Positions 49,011 through 59,315 of a stretch of 64,000 bases of DNA are shown one piece after another. Both the position numbers and the translations under genes were made by a program. The first letter of the stretch is position 1, and every line of letters starts with the position of its first letter. This DNA comes from an uncultured Acidimicrobiaceae bacterium. GTDB lineage: Bacteria; Actinomycetota; Acidimicrobiia; Spongiisociales; ZC4RG35. Below the pieces are notes generated by a model. That model was not told the origin of the DNA. It saw only the letters and a program-made list of their open reading frames with translations, and did not search any database. The stretch covers positions 10,427-74,426 of the forward strand of contig CAZNDH010000005.1 of NCBI GenBank assembly GCA_964571765.1, read 5' to 3'.

Positions 49011-50185
49011 CAGCGGGTCACGTACTGGAGCCGTCGGTTGAGGATGTTGACCAGGAAGGAGATGGTCAACGAGAAGATCAGATAGGCGCCCATCAGGATG
49101 ACGATGATCTGCGGAGCTGGGAACCCGTTGCCGATCGCCTGGAAGCCGATCGTCGTCACCTCGGCGAAAGCCACGGCGATTGCCAACGAGGTGTTCTTGG
49201 TGTAATTGAGGTACTGGTTTATCACCGGTGGCAAAGCGATCCGCATCGCTTGGGGGAAGGTCACGAATCGAAGCCGCTGAAACGTGCTGAGAGCCAGGGC
49301 GTTGGCCGCCTCGGTCTGCCCCTTGTGCACCGCCTGGATCGACCCGCGGGTGATCTCGGCGACGTGGCTGGCGGTGTACAGGACCAGGGCCCCCACCACC
49401 GCGAAGTAGGCACCGAGCCCGCTGAACCCGCCGGTGACCGCCCTGCCCTCCAGTGTGGGCAGGGACAAGATGATGGGAGCGCCCAGTGCCAGGTAGCCGA
49501 CGGTGATCACCACCACCAGGACGCCCAACGACCAGAGCACCCGACGATGAGGATCACCGGTGAGCGTGCACACCCGGGTTCTCCACCACCACACCAGGCC
49601 CGCCAGCACTACCGCGCCCAATAGAACCAGTCGATAGATGCCTGCACTCGGGCCCGCCTCGAGAGCAGGGACCGTGATTCGGAGGTTGCTGACGACAAAC
49701 CAGCCAAAAAGCGACACCGGTTCCCGGGCCGGTGGCAGACGGAGAATCACGGCGAGGAACCCGAAGACGATGATGAGCAGGGGTGGCAGATTGCGGAACA
49801 CCTCCACATAGACCGCGGCCAACTTGGAAACCAGCCAGTTGGTAGAGAGACGCGCCACGCCGATCAAAACACCGAGGATGGTCAGCAGTGGCAGCCCCAC
49901 GACCACCAGGGCGAAGGTGTTCTGCAGGCCGCGGGTGAGGGCCCGGCGGACGGTGGCCCCGGATCCGATCGGGGAGTCGGCGATGGGAGTCCCTGCCGGC
50001 TGGCCGAGGAAGCCGAAGTCGGTGCGGATCCCCTGGGCTCGCAGGTTGTTGGTGACGTTGAACCAGAGCACGTAGACGACCAGAGCCACCACGGCCAGAG
50101 CGAGAACCTGGATCGCGAGTCGGAGCACCCTGAGGTCCCTCCAGATCGGAGGGCGGTAGCGCGTCTCGGCGGTGCGGTTCGTCAT
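49010..50185 (-). CDS. aapQ: general L-amino acid ABC transporter permease (large, AapQ-like)
   Basis: 391 aa. 'ITRGSIQAVHKGQTEAANALALSTFQRLRFVTFPQA'. Confidence 0.85.
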   Translation of the reverse strand: MTNRTAETRYRPPIWRDLRVLRLAIQVLALAVVALVVYVLWFNVTNNLRAQGIRTDFGFLGQPAGTPIADSPIGSGATVRRALTRGLQNTFALVVVGLPLLTILGVLIGVARLSTNWLVSKLAAVYVEVFRNLPPLLIIVFGFLAVILRLPPAREPVSLFGWFVVSNLRITVPALEAGPSAGIYRLVLLGAVVLAGLVWWWRTRVCTLTGDPHRRVLWSLGVLVVVITVGYLALGAPIILSLPTLEGRAVTGGFSGLGAYFAVVGALVLYTASHVAEITRGSIQAVHKGQTEAANALALSTFQRLRFVTFPQAMRIALPPVINQYLNYTKNTSLAIAVAFAEVTTIGFQAIGNGFPAPQIIVILMGAYLIFSLTISFLVNILNRRLQYVTR

Positions 50186-50243
50186 TCATCGACCAGTGGG
50201 GAGCGGCCAAGCCGCTCCCCACTGACATCATGTTTGGTTGTGC

Positions 50244-51329
50244 TCAATAAGGCGGTGCGTAGAGCAGGCCACCATCGGTCCACAACGAGTTCAGGCCTCG
50301 GGGGACCCCTAGTGGTGTCACGTTCCGGTCGTAGATCTCGCCGTAGTTGCCAACCGCAGCGATCACTTCCGCCGGCCAGCCGGGTTCGAGACCCAAGCCG
50401 GTGTCGACCACCGCGGTATTGCCGTCGGCGTCGGTTATCTCCAGCCCGAGCAGCCGCCTGATCGCGGTGTTCTCGGTGTCGTCGAAGGTGCCCACATTCG
50501 ACTGAGTGATCTCGAGCTCCTCGGCGATGATCGTCACCAGCACGGTCCAGTCGACGATCTGCGCCCACTGGCTGTCCCCATCACGGACCACGGGTCCCAA
50601 CGGCTCCTTGGAGAAGGTCTCGTCGAGGATCACCAGCGAATCGGGCCCACCGGCGTCAGCAGGGAACACGGCACGCCGCGCCGCCAACTGGCTCTTGTCC
50701 GAGGTCCAGCCGTCGCACTGACCGTCGATGAACGCCGCCTGGATCAGATCGTTGTCGGCGAAGGTCAACGGCGTGTAAGGGATGTCACCGAATCGGTTGG
50801 CCAGGTTCATCTCGGTCGTGGTACCGGTGAGGACACAAACCGCGACACCCGACATGTCCTCGATGCTCTCGAAGCCGCTGTCGGCCCTGACCATCATCCC
50901 CTGACCGTCGTAGAACGTGGTGGTGGCGAAGGTGGCACCCTCGGCCCCGTCCCGCGTGGCCGTGAACGTGGTGTTTCTGATCAGCACGTCGATCTCTCCG
51001 GACTGGAGAGCGGTGAATCGCTGACCTGCATCCAGCGGTATGAACTCCACTGCGTCGGGGTCACCAAAGACAGCCGCGGCCACCGCCCGGCAGTAATCGA
51101 TGTCGAATCCAGAGAAGTTGCCGTCCTCGTCGACAAACCCGAATCCGGGCACAAGGTTGTTTACCCCGCAGTTGAGGACTCCCCGTGACTGCACCTCGGC
51201 GAGGACACTCCCTGCTGGCGGGCCGCCGGTCCCTGGCCCGGCAGTGGTTGTGGTGCCGGTCGTGGTGGTACACCCAGCCACCACCATCCCCACGACCACG
51301 AGTACCGCGACCAAATTTCTCGATCTCAT
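50244..51329 (-). CDS. aapJ: general L-amino acid ABC transporter substrate-binding lipoprotein
   Basis: The ATG at 51329 is preceded by GGAGGAAA. 'LVAVLVVVGMVVAGCTTTTGTTTT' is a lipobox followed by a Thr linker. 'LNCGVNNLVPGFGFVDEDGNFSGFDIDYCRAVAAAVFGD'. Confidence 0.85.
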   Translation of the reverse strand: MRSRNLVAVLVVVGMVVAGCTTTTGTTTTAGPGTGGPPAGSVLAEVQSRGVLNCGVNNLVPGFGFVDEDGNFSGFDIDYCRAVAAAVFGDPDAVEFIPLDAGQRFTALQSGEIDVLIRNTTFTATRDGAEGATFATTTFYDGQGMMVRADSGFESIEDMSGVAVCVLTGTTTEMNLANRFGDIPYTPLTFADNDLIQAAFIDGQCDGWTSDKSQLAARRAVFPADAGGPDSLVILDETFSKEPLGPVVRDGDSQWAQIVDWTVLVTIIAEELEITQSNVGTFDDTENTAIRRLLGLEITDADGNTAVVDTGLGLEPGWPAEVIAAVGNYGEIYDRNVTPLGVPRGLNSLWTDGGLLYAPPY

Positions 51330-51347
51330 GTTTCCTCCATTTAGGCA

Positions 51348-51378
51348 GGCGCCCGGCCTCCCCGGGACGACGGGCGCC
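51348..51378 (-). terminator. 8-bp GC stem between dxs and aapJ
   Basis: 'GGCGCCCG-N15-CGGGCGCC' lies 61 nt after the dxs stop and 19 nt before the aapJ start. It could be a terminator or a 5'-UTR structure. Confidence 0.3.
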
Positions 51379-51438
51379 CAATCGACCCTAATCCGTTTGT
51401 TCGGGGCCGGGGTGGGGAAACCCAAGGGCAATGAGATA

Positions 51439-53289
51439 TCAGCGCTGCGTCAGCCTTCGGACCCGGTCGGCCACCGACCCGGGGTCCATGCCAACCGAGG
51501 CGAGGATGTCGCCTGGTGAGCCATAAGGGAGGAACCTGTCGGGCACCCCGACTGTGGTGACCCTGGCCGTGCGACCGGCCTCGGCGAGCAACTCCATGAC
51601 CGCCGAGCCCAGGCCCCCTGTGATCACCCCGTCCTCCAGGGTGACGACATGATCGACCGATGTGGCCCAGTCGGCGATCCTCGGGTCGAGAGGCTTGACC
51701 CAGCGAGCGTTGACCACACCGCAGGTGATCCCCTCGACGGAGAGGTCGGCGGCGGCCTTCTCGGCGACCTCGACCATTCGGCCCACGGCCACCATGAGGA
51801 CCTCGCCACCTTCAGAGACGAGGTCGGCAACCCCGATCTCGATCGGCTCCACCGGGACCGTGGGCACCGAGACAGCCCCACCCTTGGGGTACCTTATGGC
51901 GATCGGCCCGTCGTGGTCGACCGCGGTCTCGATCATGGCGCACAGCTCGGTGGCGTCGGCCGGAGCTCCGATCACCATGCCGGGGATCATCCTCAAGTAG
52001 GCCAGGTCGAACACACCATGGTGGGAGGGTCCGTCAGGGCCGGTGACGCCGGCGCGGTCGACGAGAAAGACCACCCCCAGGCCATGGAGGGCAACGTCGG
52101 AGACGATCTGATCGAAAGCGCGTTGGAGGAAGGAGGAGTAGATGGCCACCACCGGCTTCTTCCCCGCCATCGCCATGCCTGCTGCCAGGGTCACCGCATG
52201 CTGCTCTGCGATCCCGGTGTCGAATACCCGGTCGGGGAAACGCTGCGCCATCTGGCGAAGGCCGGCTGTCGAGACCATTGCAGCTGAGATACCCATCAGC
52301 TCCGGGCGTGACGCCGCCGCCTCGGCCAAGGCCCGCCCGGCAACCTCGGTCAGCTTGAGCTCGCTCTTCAGTTCCCGCCCGGTAGCGAGGTCGAAGGAGC
52401 CGACCCCGTGGAGCTTCTCCTCCTCGTCCTCGATGGCCGGCTGGTAGCCGCTCCCCTTCTGGGTCACTACGTGGACTACCACCGGCTCCTTGTAGGTCTT
52501 CGCCTGATGAAGGGTCTCTTCGAGGAGGCCAATGTCGTGACCGTCGAGAACCCCGGAGTATTTCAGGCCGAGGGCGTCGAAGACCGTAGCCGGCTCGAGG
52601 ATCTGCTTGACCGCGTCCTTGACCCGTCCCGCCATCTCGTCGGCAGTCTCCCCGACGAGGGGAATTCCACGGAGCATCCTCCCGATGGTCCGTTTGGCCT
52701 TCTCGTATCGGGGGTCGATGCGGTAGTGGGCCAGCTTGGCCAGCGACGCCAGACCCCCAACTGTCGGCGCATACGACCGCTCATTGTCGTTGAGCACGAT
52801 CACAAGACGCTCGGGTCGGGTCACCGCGATGTGGTTGAGCGCCTCATAGGCCATCCCTCCGGTGAACGAGCCGTCACCGATGATGGCCACCGTCCAGCCC
52901 GGGTACCCGGCCAGGGCGTGACCCAGGGCGTAACTGAGCGAGGTCGAGGCGTGGCTGTTCTCGACGAAGTCGTGAGATGACTCCTCCCGGCTCGGATATC
53001 CGGAGAGCCCCCCCGTTTGACGGAGCTTCTCGAACCCGCTGGCGCGCCCGGTCAGGAGCTTGTGCACGTACGCCTGATGTCCCACGTCCCAGATGAGGCG
53101 GTCGTTTGGGGAGTCGAACACCCGGTGCAGGGCCACGGTGAGCTCGACCACCCCGAGATTGGGTGAGAGGTGACCGCCGGTCCGAGAGACCCGGTCGAGG
53201 ATGAACGCCCTGATCTCCTCACATAGCGCGGTCAACTCATCGGGGGATAGGGCACCCAGGTCCGTCGGTTTGGTGATGTCTTCGAGCAT
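51439..53289 (-). CDS. dxs: 1-deoxy-D-xylulose-5-phosphate synthase
   Basis: 'GGHLSPNLGVVELTVALH', 'DVGHQAYVHKLLTGR', 'IIGDGSFTGGMAYEALN', 'GIAEQHAVTLAAGMA', 'GPDGPSHHG'. The ORF was trimmed to the ATG at 53289. Confidence 0.95.
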   Translation of the reverse strand: MLEDITKPTDLGALSPDELTALCEEIRAFILDRVSRTGGHLSPNLGVVELTVALHRVFDSPNDRLIWDVGHQAYVHKLLTGRASGFEKLRQTGGLSGYPSREESSHDFVENSHASTSLSYALGHALAGYPGWTVAIIGDGSFTGGMAYEALNHIAVTRPERLVIVLNDNERSYAPTVGGLASLAKLAHYRIDPRYEKAKRTIGRMLRGIPLVGETADEMAGRVKDAVKQILEPATVFDALGLKYSGVLDGHDIGLLEETLHQAKTYKEPVVVHVVTQKGSGYQPAIEDEEEKLHGVGSFDLATGRELKSELKLTEVAGRALAEAAASRPELMGISAAMVSTAGLRQMAQRFPDRVFDTGIAEQHAVTLAAGMAMAGKKPVVAIYSSFLQRAFDQIVSDVALHGLGVVFLVDRAGVTGPDGPSHHGVFDLAYLRMIPGMVIGAPADATELCAMIETAVDHDGPIAIRYPKGGAVSVPTVPVEPIEIGVADLVSEGGEVLMVAVGRMVEVAEKAAADLSVEGITCGVVNARWVKPLDPRIADWATSVDHVVTLEDGVITGGLGSAVMELLAEAGRTARVTTVGVPDRFLPYGSPGDILASVGMDPGSVADRVRRLTQR

Positions 53290-53320
53290 CCTCTGAAGCC
53301 AGGAACGGCCGTCCCGAAGG

Positions 53321-55069
53321 CTAGTGGTCTGTGGTTGGAATGCCCGGGCCGGCGCCGAGGACAGGGATCCTGGCGGTGAACGCCGACCCGGCTCCGAGAC
53401 GGCTCTCCACCGACACCGAGCCTCCGTGACTCTCGGCGACATGGCGCACGATGGCCAGCCCGAGACCGGTGCCGCCGGTGGCGCGGGCCCTCGCCGAGTC
53501 CACCCGGTAGAACCGCTCGAAGACCCGATCGAGGTCGCGGCTGGGGATTCCTTCGCCGGTGTCGGACACCCGGAGCACCGCCTCTCCGCCCTCCGACGAC
53601 AAGCTGACCACTATCCGGCCTTCTCTCAGGGTGTGCCGAATCGCGTTGTCGAGGAGGTTTCGCACTGCACTCCCCAGATCCCGTCGACTTCCCAGCACCC
53701 GGACCGCTGACACCTCCACCTCGAGAGACAGGTGATTGTCCTCGGCCCGATCCCTCACCCGCTCCACCTCCTCGGTCACGACCTCGTCCAGCTGCATCGG
53801 CACCAACTCGGGTGTCTCGCGCTCCAACCGGGAGAGATCGAGCAGATCGGAGACCAGCCGATCGAGTTGACGGGCCGAGCCCTCGATCTGGTTGGCGAAC
53901 GACTCAGCCGAAGGGTCTTGGCGGCTCAGGGCGATTTGCAGCGCCTCGGCGGCGGCGACGATGGTGGCCACCGGTGTCTTCAGCTCATGGGAGGCGTTGG
54001 CGACGAAGTCGCGGCGCATCGAGTCGATCCGGATTCGCTCGGTGATGTCCACGATCACCAGGAGCACTCGTCCCCCCGGGGCCAGTGCGGTGGCAGTCGC
54101 CCTCAGCTTCCGGGCGGGGACGCCATGATCCACCTCACGGCTCGCCACCTCACCGGTCTCCCTGGTCTCCCTGACCGCTTCCTGGAGCTGGAGCGGAGTC
54201 ATCGCGCCCAACCGGACCGGCACCTCGCCCAGGATCTCTTCGGCGGCAGGATTGACGTAGGCGACGTTGTCATCGGCCTCGACCAGGACCGTGCCCTGGG
54301 GAATCGCCCCCAGAACCACCTGCAGGGTGGCGGAAGACTGCTCCGCCTCGTCGATACGACCCCCGAGGTCTCTGACCATGGTCCCCAAGGCGACCCCGAG
54401 ACGATCGAACTCGGCGATCCGGGAACGTTGTGGCCTCACCCGGAGGTCGCCGTCGGCGATGGCCTGGGCCTGGTCGGCCAGGGAAGTGACCGGTCTGGCG
54501 ATCCGCCTCCCGAAGAGCCCGAGGAGGACTACCCCGATCACGCCTCCTGCCAGGGCGGCGGCGGCGATCGCCCGACGGGTCCGATCCAGCTCGGCCTCGA
54601 TGACGCTGGTGGCGGTGGCCAAACGGACGATCACCCCGTCGGATGCAGGAAGGGCCAGATATCTCTGGTCGAAGCCGGTACTGGCACTGACTCTGGTGTC
54701 GAACCCGATCGCCCCTGCCACCGCGGCGTCCACCTCTGGCCGGCCCAAATGGTTCTCCATCAGAGCGGGGTCTTGATGAGAGTCGGCAATGACTCCCCCG
54801 GATGTGTCGATGAAGGTGACCCTGATCCCACCCGCCTCGGCCATCACCGCCGCCCAGTCTCCCCACTCCCGTCGATCTGGAGGCAACCCCGCAGACACCG
54901 CCCGGGCCAGGGACTCGAGGTCGGAGTCGAGGTCGTCGAGCCAGATATCACGGATAGAGCGGTCGACCAAGCCGGTCACCAGGGTGACCAGAACCAGGGC
55001 GGCCACCGACCCGAGGAGGACCAGGCGGGCGGCAAGGGAAGTCCGACCCGCCCCCTGCCCGTCACTCAT
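53321..55069 (-). CDS. phoR: phosphate-regulon-type sensor histidine kinase (2 TM with a periplasmic domain, HAMP, PAS, HisKA, HATPase)
   Basis: H-box 'FVANASHELKTPVATI', N-box 'LLDNAIRHT', G-boxes 'SDTGEGIP' and 'GTGLGLAIV'. The assignment to Pho rests on adjacency to pstSCAB-phoU. Confidence 0.85.
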   Translation of the reverse strand: MSDGQGAGRTSLAARLVLLGSVAALVLVTLVTGLVDRSIRDIWLDDLDSDLESLARAVSAGLPPDRREWGDWAAVMAEAGGIRVTFIDTSGGVIADSHQDPALMENHLGRPEVDAAVAGAIGFDTRVSASTGFDQRYLALPASDGVIVRLATATSVIEAELDRTRRAIAAAALAGGVIGVVLLGLFGRRIARPVTSLADQAQAIADGDLRVRPQRSRIAEFDRLGVALGTMVRDLGGRIDEAEQSSATLQVVLGAIPQGTVLVEADDNVAYVNPAAEEILGEVPVRLGAMTPLQLQEAVRETRETGEVASREVDHGVPARKLRATATALAPGGRVLLVIVDITERIRIDSMRRDFVANASHELKTPVATIVAAAEALQIALSRQDPSAESFANQIEGSARQLDRLVSDLLDLSRLERETPELVPMQLDEVVTEEVERVRDRAEDNHLSLEVEVSAVRVLGSRRDLGSAVRNLLDNAIRHTLREGRIVVSLSSEGGEAVLRVSDTGEGIPSRDLDRVFERFYRVDSARARATGGTGLGLAIVRHVAESHGGSVSVESRLGAGSAFTARIPVLGAGPGIPTTDH

Positions 55070-55772
55070 CGACGAACTTGTACCCGAGCCCGCGTACCGT
55101 CACCAGATGGCGAGGCTGTGAGGGGTCTTCCTCGATCTTCTCCCGCAGCCGCTTGATGTGGACGTCGAGGGTCTTGGTGTCGCCGAAGTAGGAGGGCCCC
55201 CACACCTCGTCGATCAAGGTGTGCCGCTCGGCGAGACGATTCTTCCTCCGGATCAGCGATTCGAGAAGCTCGAACTCCTTGGGCCGGAGCTGGACGGGGG
55301 CACCGCCCACCCGGACAACGTGAGCGTCGATGTCCATCTCTACGGGGCCTCCCCGGATCACCTCATTGGTGTCGGCGAGGAGCCCGGTCCGTGAAACCCT
55401 GCGCAGCTGGGACCGGACCCTGGCCACCAGCTCTCGCATCGAGAACGGCTTGGTCATGTAGTCGTCGGCACCCAGCTCGAGACCGGCCACTTTGTCAGAC
55501 TCGGCATCCTTGGCGGTGAGCATGATGATCGGGGCGTCGGAGAACGAGCGCACCTGTCGGCACACATCGAGCCCAGACATGCCGGGGAGCATCAGATCGA
55601 GGAGCACGACGTCCGGACCGTGTACCCGCGCCGACTCGACACCGGCCAGCCCGGTCACCGCCACCAGCACCTCGAAGCCTTCGCTCTCCAACGAGTAGCG
55701 GATCGAATCGGCCAGGCCTTGCTCGTCTTCGACTACCAGGATTCGGTATGGCCTCCGATCGGCTGTCGTCAT
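55062..55772 (-). CDS. phoP: OmpR/PhoB-family response regulator
   Basis: Receiver 'ILVVEDE...DVVLLDLMLPGMSG...IIMLTAK'. Winged helix 'LDVHIKRLREKIE...VTVRGLGYKF'. 8-nt overlap with the kinase gene. Confidence 0.9.
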   Translation of the reverse strand: MTTADRRPYRILVVEDEQGLADSIRYSLESEGFEVLVAVTGLAGVESARVHGPDVVLLDLMLPGMSGLDVCRQVRSFSDAPIIMLTAKDAESDKVAGLELGADDYMTKPFSMRELVARVRSQLRRVSRTGLLADTNEVIRGGPVEMDIDAHVVRVGGAPVQLRPKEFELLESLIRRKNRLAERHTLIDEVWGPSYFGDTKTLDVHIKRLREKIEEDPSQPRHLVTVRGLGYKFVDE

Positions 55773-56461
55773 CAGGAGGTGATTATCCCGCCTTCATCGA
55801 ACTCGGCGCGCTCACCGGTGATCAAGTAGGCAGTCTGCTCACCGAAGTCGACTGCCTGATCACCGAGACGCTCCAAGGCGCGGGACACCATGAGCATCTT
55901 GGTGGCCCACTCGAGCAGCAGAGGGTCGGTCCCCACCGCCACCGCCTCCCGGTACATGTTGGCGTTGAGCCGGTCGACGGGCTCGTCCATCGAAGGGAGG
56001 AGTCGGGCCTCGTCGAGGTCCTGACGCAGATAGGCCTGGGTGGCGGTGCGAATCATCGGCCGCACCAGATCGCCCATCTCCCGGGCCATCTCGCAGATCT
56101 TCTCCACCCGGGGCAAGCCGTCGTTGAGTTTGGTGATCTTGGCGATGTTGACGCACTGGTCACCCATCCGCTCGAAGGTGGCGCTCAGCTGGAGCAGGGC
56201 GGTCATCCTCCGCAGATCGCTGCCGAGCGGCTGGTTGCGTGCCATCAGGGTGGTCCAATCGTGATGGGCCTCCAGATAGATCCGGTCTATGGCGTCGTCC
56301 ATGGCGATCACCCGGTCGGCGAGTTCGATGTCACCTTCGGTGACCGCATCCACCGCCATGCCCACCATGGTCTCGGCACGGTCGACCATCCCCAGGATCT
56401 TTCGCTCCAGCTCCTCGAGGCCTTGGTGAAAGTGGACGTTGGCGTCGTGAGCCGATGTCAT
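55772..56461 (-). CDS. phoU: phosphate signalling complex protein PhoU
   Basis: The ATG at 56461 forms an ATGA overlap with the pstB stop. Duplicated '[11 protein letters not shown]' / '[12 protein letters not shown]' PhoU repeats. The ORF 55772..56842 was trimmed. Confidence 0.9.
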   Translation of the reverse strand: MTSAHDANVHFHQGLEELERKILGMVDRAETMVGMAVDAVTEGDIELADRVIAMDDAIDRIYLEAHHDWTTLMARNQPLGSDLRRMTALLQLSATFERMGDQCVNIAKITKLNDGLPRVEKICEMAREMGDLVRPMIRTATQAYLRQDLDEARLLPSMDEPVDRLNANMYREAVAVGTDPLLLEWATKMLMVSRALERLGDQAVDFGEQTAYLITGERAEFDEGGIITS

Positions 56462-57363
56462 CCGAACCTGCCAGTTATGTAGTCCTCGGTCTCTTTCTTG
56501 TGGGGTGCGGTAAAGATTTGATCGGTTGGGGAGTACTCCACCAGTCTGCCGGTCCTCGCTCCCCTGTCGGTGACGTCGACACTGAAGAATGCCGTCATGT
56601 CGGAGACCCGGGCAGCCTGTTGCATGTTGTGGGTGACGATGACGATGGTGTACTCGTTCTTCAGGTCGAGCATCAGCTCCTCGATGCGGTTGGTGGCGAT
56701 CGGGTCGAGGGCCGAGCACGGCTCGTCCATCAACACCACGTCCGGTCTGGTGGCGATGGCACGGGCGATGCACAGACGTTGCTGCTGCCCGCCCGAAAGG
56801 GTCAGACCGCTCTGATCGAGCTTGTCCTTGACCTCGTCCCATAGGGCGGCCTGCACCAGAGCTCCTTCAACTATGGGCGTCAGATCTCCCTTGCGGACCC
56901 CGTTGAGCTTGGGCCCGAACGCCACGTTGTCGAAGATCGTCTTGGGAAAAGGGTTGGGTTTCTGGAATACCATGCCGATCCGCCTCCGCACCTCGACCGG
57001 GTCGACCCCCTCGTCATAGATGTCCTCCCCGTTGTAGACCACCGTTCCCTCGACCGATGACCCGGGGATCAGGTCGTTCATCCGGTTGAGCGAGCGAAGG
57101 ATTGTCGACTTGCCGCATCCCGACGGGCCGATCAGTGCCGTGATCTGGTTCCGGGCGATGTCGAAGCTGACGTCCTCGACCGCCCGGAAGTCCCGGTAGT
57201 AGACGTTGAGACCGTCGACATCGAAGACAGGGGGGTCTTCGCCCATCCCGCTGGCAGTGGTCTCGGGGCTCACCATCCGGCCGAGCATGGGGGGTGGCGC
57301 CGTGGCTTGCCCGATGCTCAACTCGTCTCTCCCTTCCGCCTCGATTCCACCCATGCCGTTCAT
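56458..57363 (-). CDS. pstB: phosphate ABC transporter ATP-binding protein PstB
   Basis: 'GPSGCGKST', '[15 protein letters not shown]', '[13 protein letters not shown]'. The ATG at 57363 forms an ATGA overlap with the pstA stop; a shorter start at 57276 is possible. Confidence 0.92.
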   Translation of the reverse strand: MNGMGGIEAEGRDELSIGQATAPPPMLGRMVSPETTASGMGEDPPVFDVDGLNVYYRDFRAVEDVSFDIARNQITALIGPSGCGKSTILRSLNRMNDLIPGSSVEGTVVYNGEDIYDEGVDPVEVRRRIGMVFQKPNPFPKTIFDNVAFGPKLNGVRKGDLTPIVEGALVQAALWDEVKDKLDQSGLTLSGGQQQRLCIARAIATRPDVVLMDEPCSALDPIATNRIEELMLDLKNEYTIVIVTHNMQQAARVSDMTAFFSVDVTDRGARTGRLVEYSPTDQIFTAPHKKETEDYITGRFG

Positions 57364-58292
57364 CGGTGACCCGCCAACCTGGCTCTCGATCCGATCCAAC
57401 GCGCTACAACGGTGAAGACCAGGATGATGGCAAGCAGGCACAGGGCACCACCCCATGCTCGTTCGATCCCCGGTGCGAACGGTTGCCGGGCACCGTTGTA
57501 GATCTGCAGGGGGAGGGCGCCGATCGGCGTGTTGAACAGGGCGGTGATGATGTTGACGTTGCCAAAGGCCGTCAGGATCAAGGGAGCAGTCTCACCGGCA
57601 CCACGGGCGACGGCCAGCATCGAGCCGGTGCTGAGGCCGGGTGCTGCCGCCGGAAGGACCACCTTGAGGGTGGTCTGCCAACGACGAGATCCGAGTGCGT
57701 AGGCTCCCGCCCTCAGGTCATCGGGAACGGTTTTCAGGATCTCCTCCGAGGCTCGTACCACGATCGGGAGCATGATGACCGCAATGGCCACGGCAGCTGG
57801 AAACGCACCGAAGGTGAAGCGGCGGTTCGAGCCGATGATGACGATGGCGTAGACCGCCAGACCGACGAAGACAGAGGGAATCCCGGTCATGACGTCGGTG
57901 AAGAACCGAACCACCCTGGCCAGCCACCCACGGCCATACTCCACCAGGTAGACCGCGGCCATGATGCCAACCGGCACTGCCATCACCGTCGCCCAGGTGA
58001 CGATGATCGCGGTGCCGACGAAACCGGCGGCGTACCCTCCGCCTTGGCGCCGTGGCGGAGGCTCCGGCTGGGTGAAGAACTCCCAGCCAATGACCACCGC
58101 ACCTCTGCGGGCCACCTCGACGAGGATCAGCACCAACGGTATCGAGGCCAGGATCATCATCGAGGTGAGGACCACCTTTATCACCGAGTCGACCCTTTGC
58201 CGCCTGGTGGCATTGCCCTGCTTCACCCGGAGTGAGCGATGACCGGTTGGGGTGAGCTGCTGGGACTCGAGTTGGGAGGGAGGAGCTGTCAC
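57360..58292 (-). CDS. pstA: phosphate ABC transporter permease PstA
   Basis: '[28 protein letters not shown]' EAA region. The GTG at 58292 forms a GTGA overlap with the pstC stop. Confidence 0.88.
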   Translation of the reverse strand: MTAPPSQLESQQLTPTGHRSLRVKQGNATRRQRVDSVIKVVLTSMMILASIPLVLILVEVARRGAVVIGWEFFTQPEPPPRRQGGGYAAGFVGTAIIVTWATVMAVPVGIMAAVYLVEYGRGWLARVVRFFTDVMTGIPSVFVGLAVYAIVIIGSNRRFTFGAFPAAVAIAVIMLPIVVRASEEILKTVPDDLRAGAYALGSRRWQTTLKVVLPAAAPGLSTGSMLAVARGAGETAPLILTAFGNVNIITALFNTPIGALPLQIYNGARQPFAPGIERAWGGALCLLAIILVFTVVARWIGSRARLAGHR

Positions 58293-59269
58293 AGTGAGCT
58301 CCCCCCGACCTGGCCAAACCTCCACACCACCAGGCGGGCCAACATGTTGACCACCATGGTGACGGTGAAGAGGACCACGCCGATGCCCATCAGGGCGAGA
58401 AGGGTCTCTCGTGAGGCATCCTGGAAGGTGGCGGCGATGTGGGCGGCGAGGGTGTCACCGGGAAAGAACAGTCTCCCACCGAGTCTCTGCGAGCCCCCCA
58501 CCAGCATCAGCACCGCGATGGTCTCACCGAGGGCGCGGCCCAGCCCGAGCATGGTTGCTCCCACGATCCCGCTGAACGACCGGGGCACCACCACCCGGCT
58601 CATCACCTCCCAGCGGGTGCTCCCCAATCCGTATGCGGCGTTGATCTCGTCGATCGGGGTAGTGGCCACCACCTCTCGAACGATTGCGGTGATGATCGGC
58701 AGGATCATGATCGCCAGGACCACGCCTGCGTGGAAGTAGTTGACGTTGGGCACCGGTGCCGCCAGCCAGGGGATGAAGCCGCCGAAGGACTCGGCTACCC
58801 AGTTGGTGAAGGGGTGGAGCAGGGTGGGGACGAACCAGAGGAGCCCCCAGAGCCCGAAGACGATCGAGGGTATGGCGGCAAGTACCTCGACCACGTAGGA
58901 CAGCATGGTGCGGACCTGGCGCGCCGCATAGAAGTTGATGTACACCGCCACCGCCAGGGCCATGGGGAGGGCCAGCCCCACCGCAATCGCCGAGGTATAG
59001 ACGGTGCCGAAGATGAAGGGCCAGGCTCCATAGGTCCCGGTGAACATCTGGTTGCTGGGACCTGCTCGCCATTCGGTACCGAAGAAGAACTCCAGCACCC
59101 CCTGGTACCGGAACACCGGAGTCGAGTCCACCACCGTCCTGAGGACCATCGCTGCCAGGACGAGGAGGACGCTGATACCACTGAGCCGCAGCGCCCAGCC
59201 GAACAGCCGATCGGAGTGCCGGCCGAACCCGGTCGCCTTGAGGCCGCCTCCAGGCCGCTTGGTATCCAT
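58289..59269 (-). CDS. pstC: phosphate ABC transporter permease PstC
   Basis: 'INAAYGLGSTRWEVMSRVVVPRSFSGIVGA'. The ATG at 59269 has AGGAGA upstream. The ORF 58289..59539 was trimmed. Confidence 0.88.
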   Translation of the reverse strand: MDTKRPGGGLKATGFGRHSDRLFGWALRLSGISVLLVLAAMVLRTVVDSTPVFRYQGVLEFFFGTEWRAGPSNQMFTGTYGAWPFIFGTVYTSAIAVGLALPMALAVAVYINFYAARQVRTMLSYVVEVLAAIPSIVFGLWGLLWFVPTLLHPFTNWVAESFGGFIPWLAAPVPNVNYFHAGVVLAIMILPIITAIVREVVATTPIDEINAAYGLGSTRWEVMSRVVVPRSFSGIVGATMLGLGRALGETIAVLMLVGGSQRLGGRLFFPGDTLAAHIAATFQDASRETLLALMGIGVVLFTVTMVVNMLARLVVWRFGQVGGSSL

Positions 59270-59315
59270 GGTCAATTCGTGATCTCCTGGTGGGTGCGGG
59301 CTCGACTTTCCTTGC

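Noticed and set aside
51439-53442. Long N-terminal extensions of ORFs in the track (dxs, phoU 55772..56842, TerC 3281..4714, CHAD 24763..26127, YihY 6176..7366, second ABC ATPase 9317..10837, and others)
   Set aside because: The extensions are Arg/Pro-rich, overlap neighbouring genes, and precede an internal start that has an RBS or a 4-nt stop/start overlap. The genes were trimmed accordingly, and the starts remain predictions.
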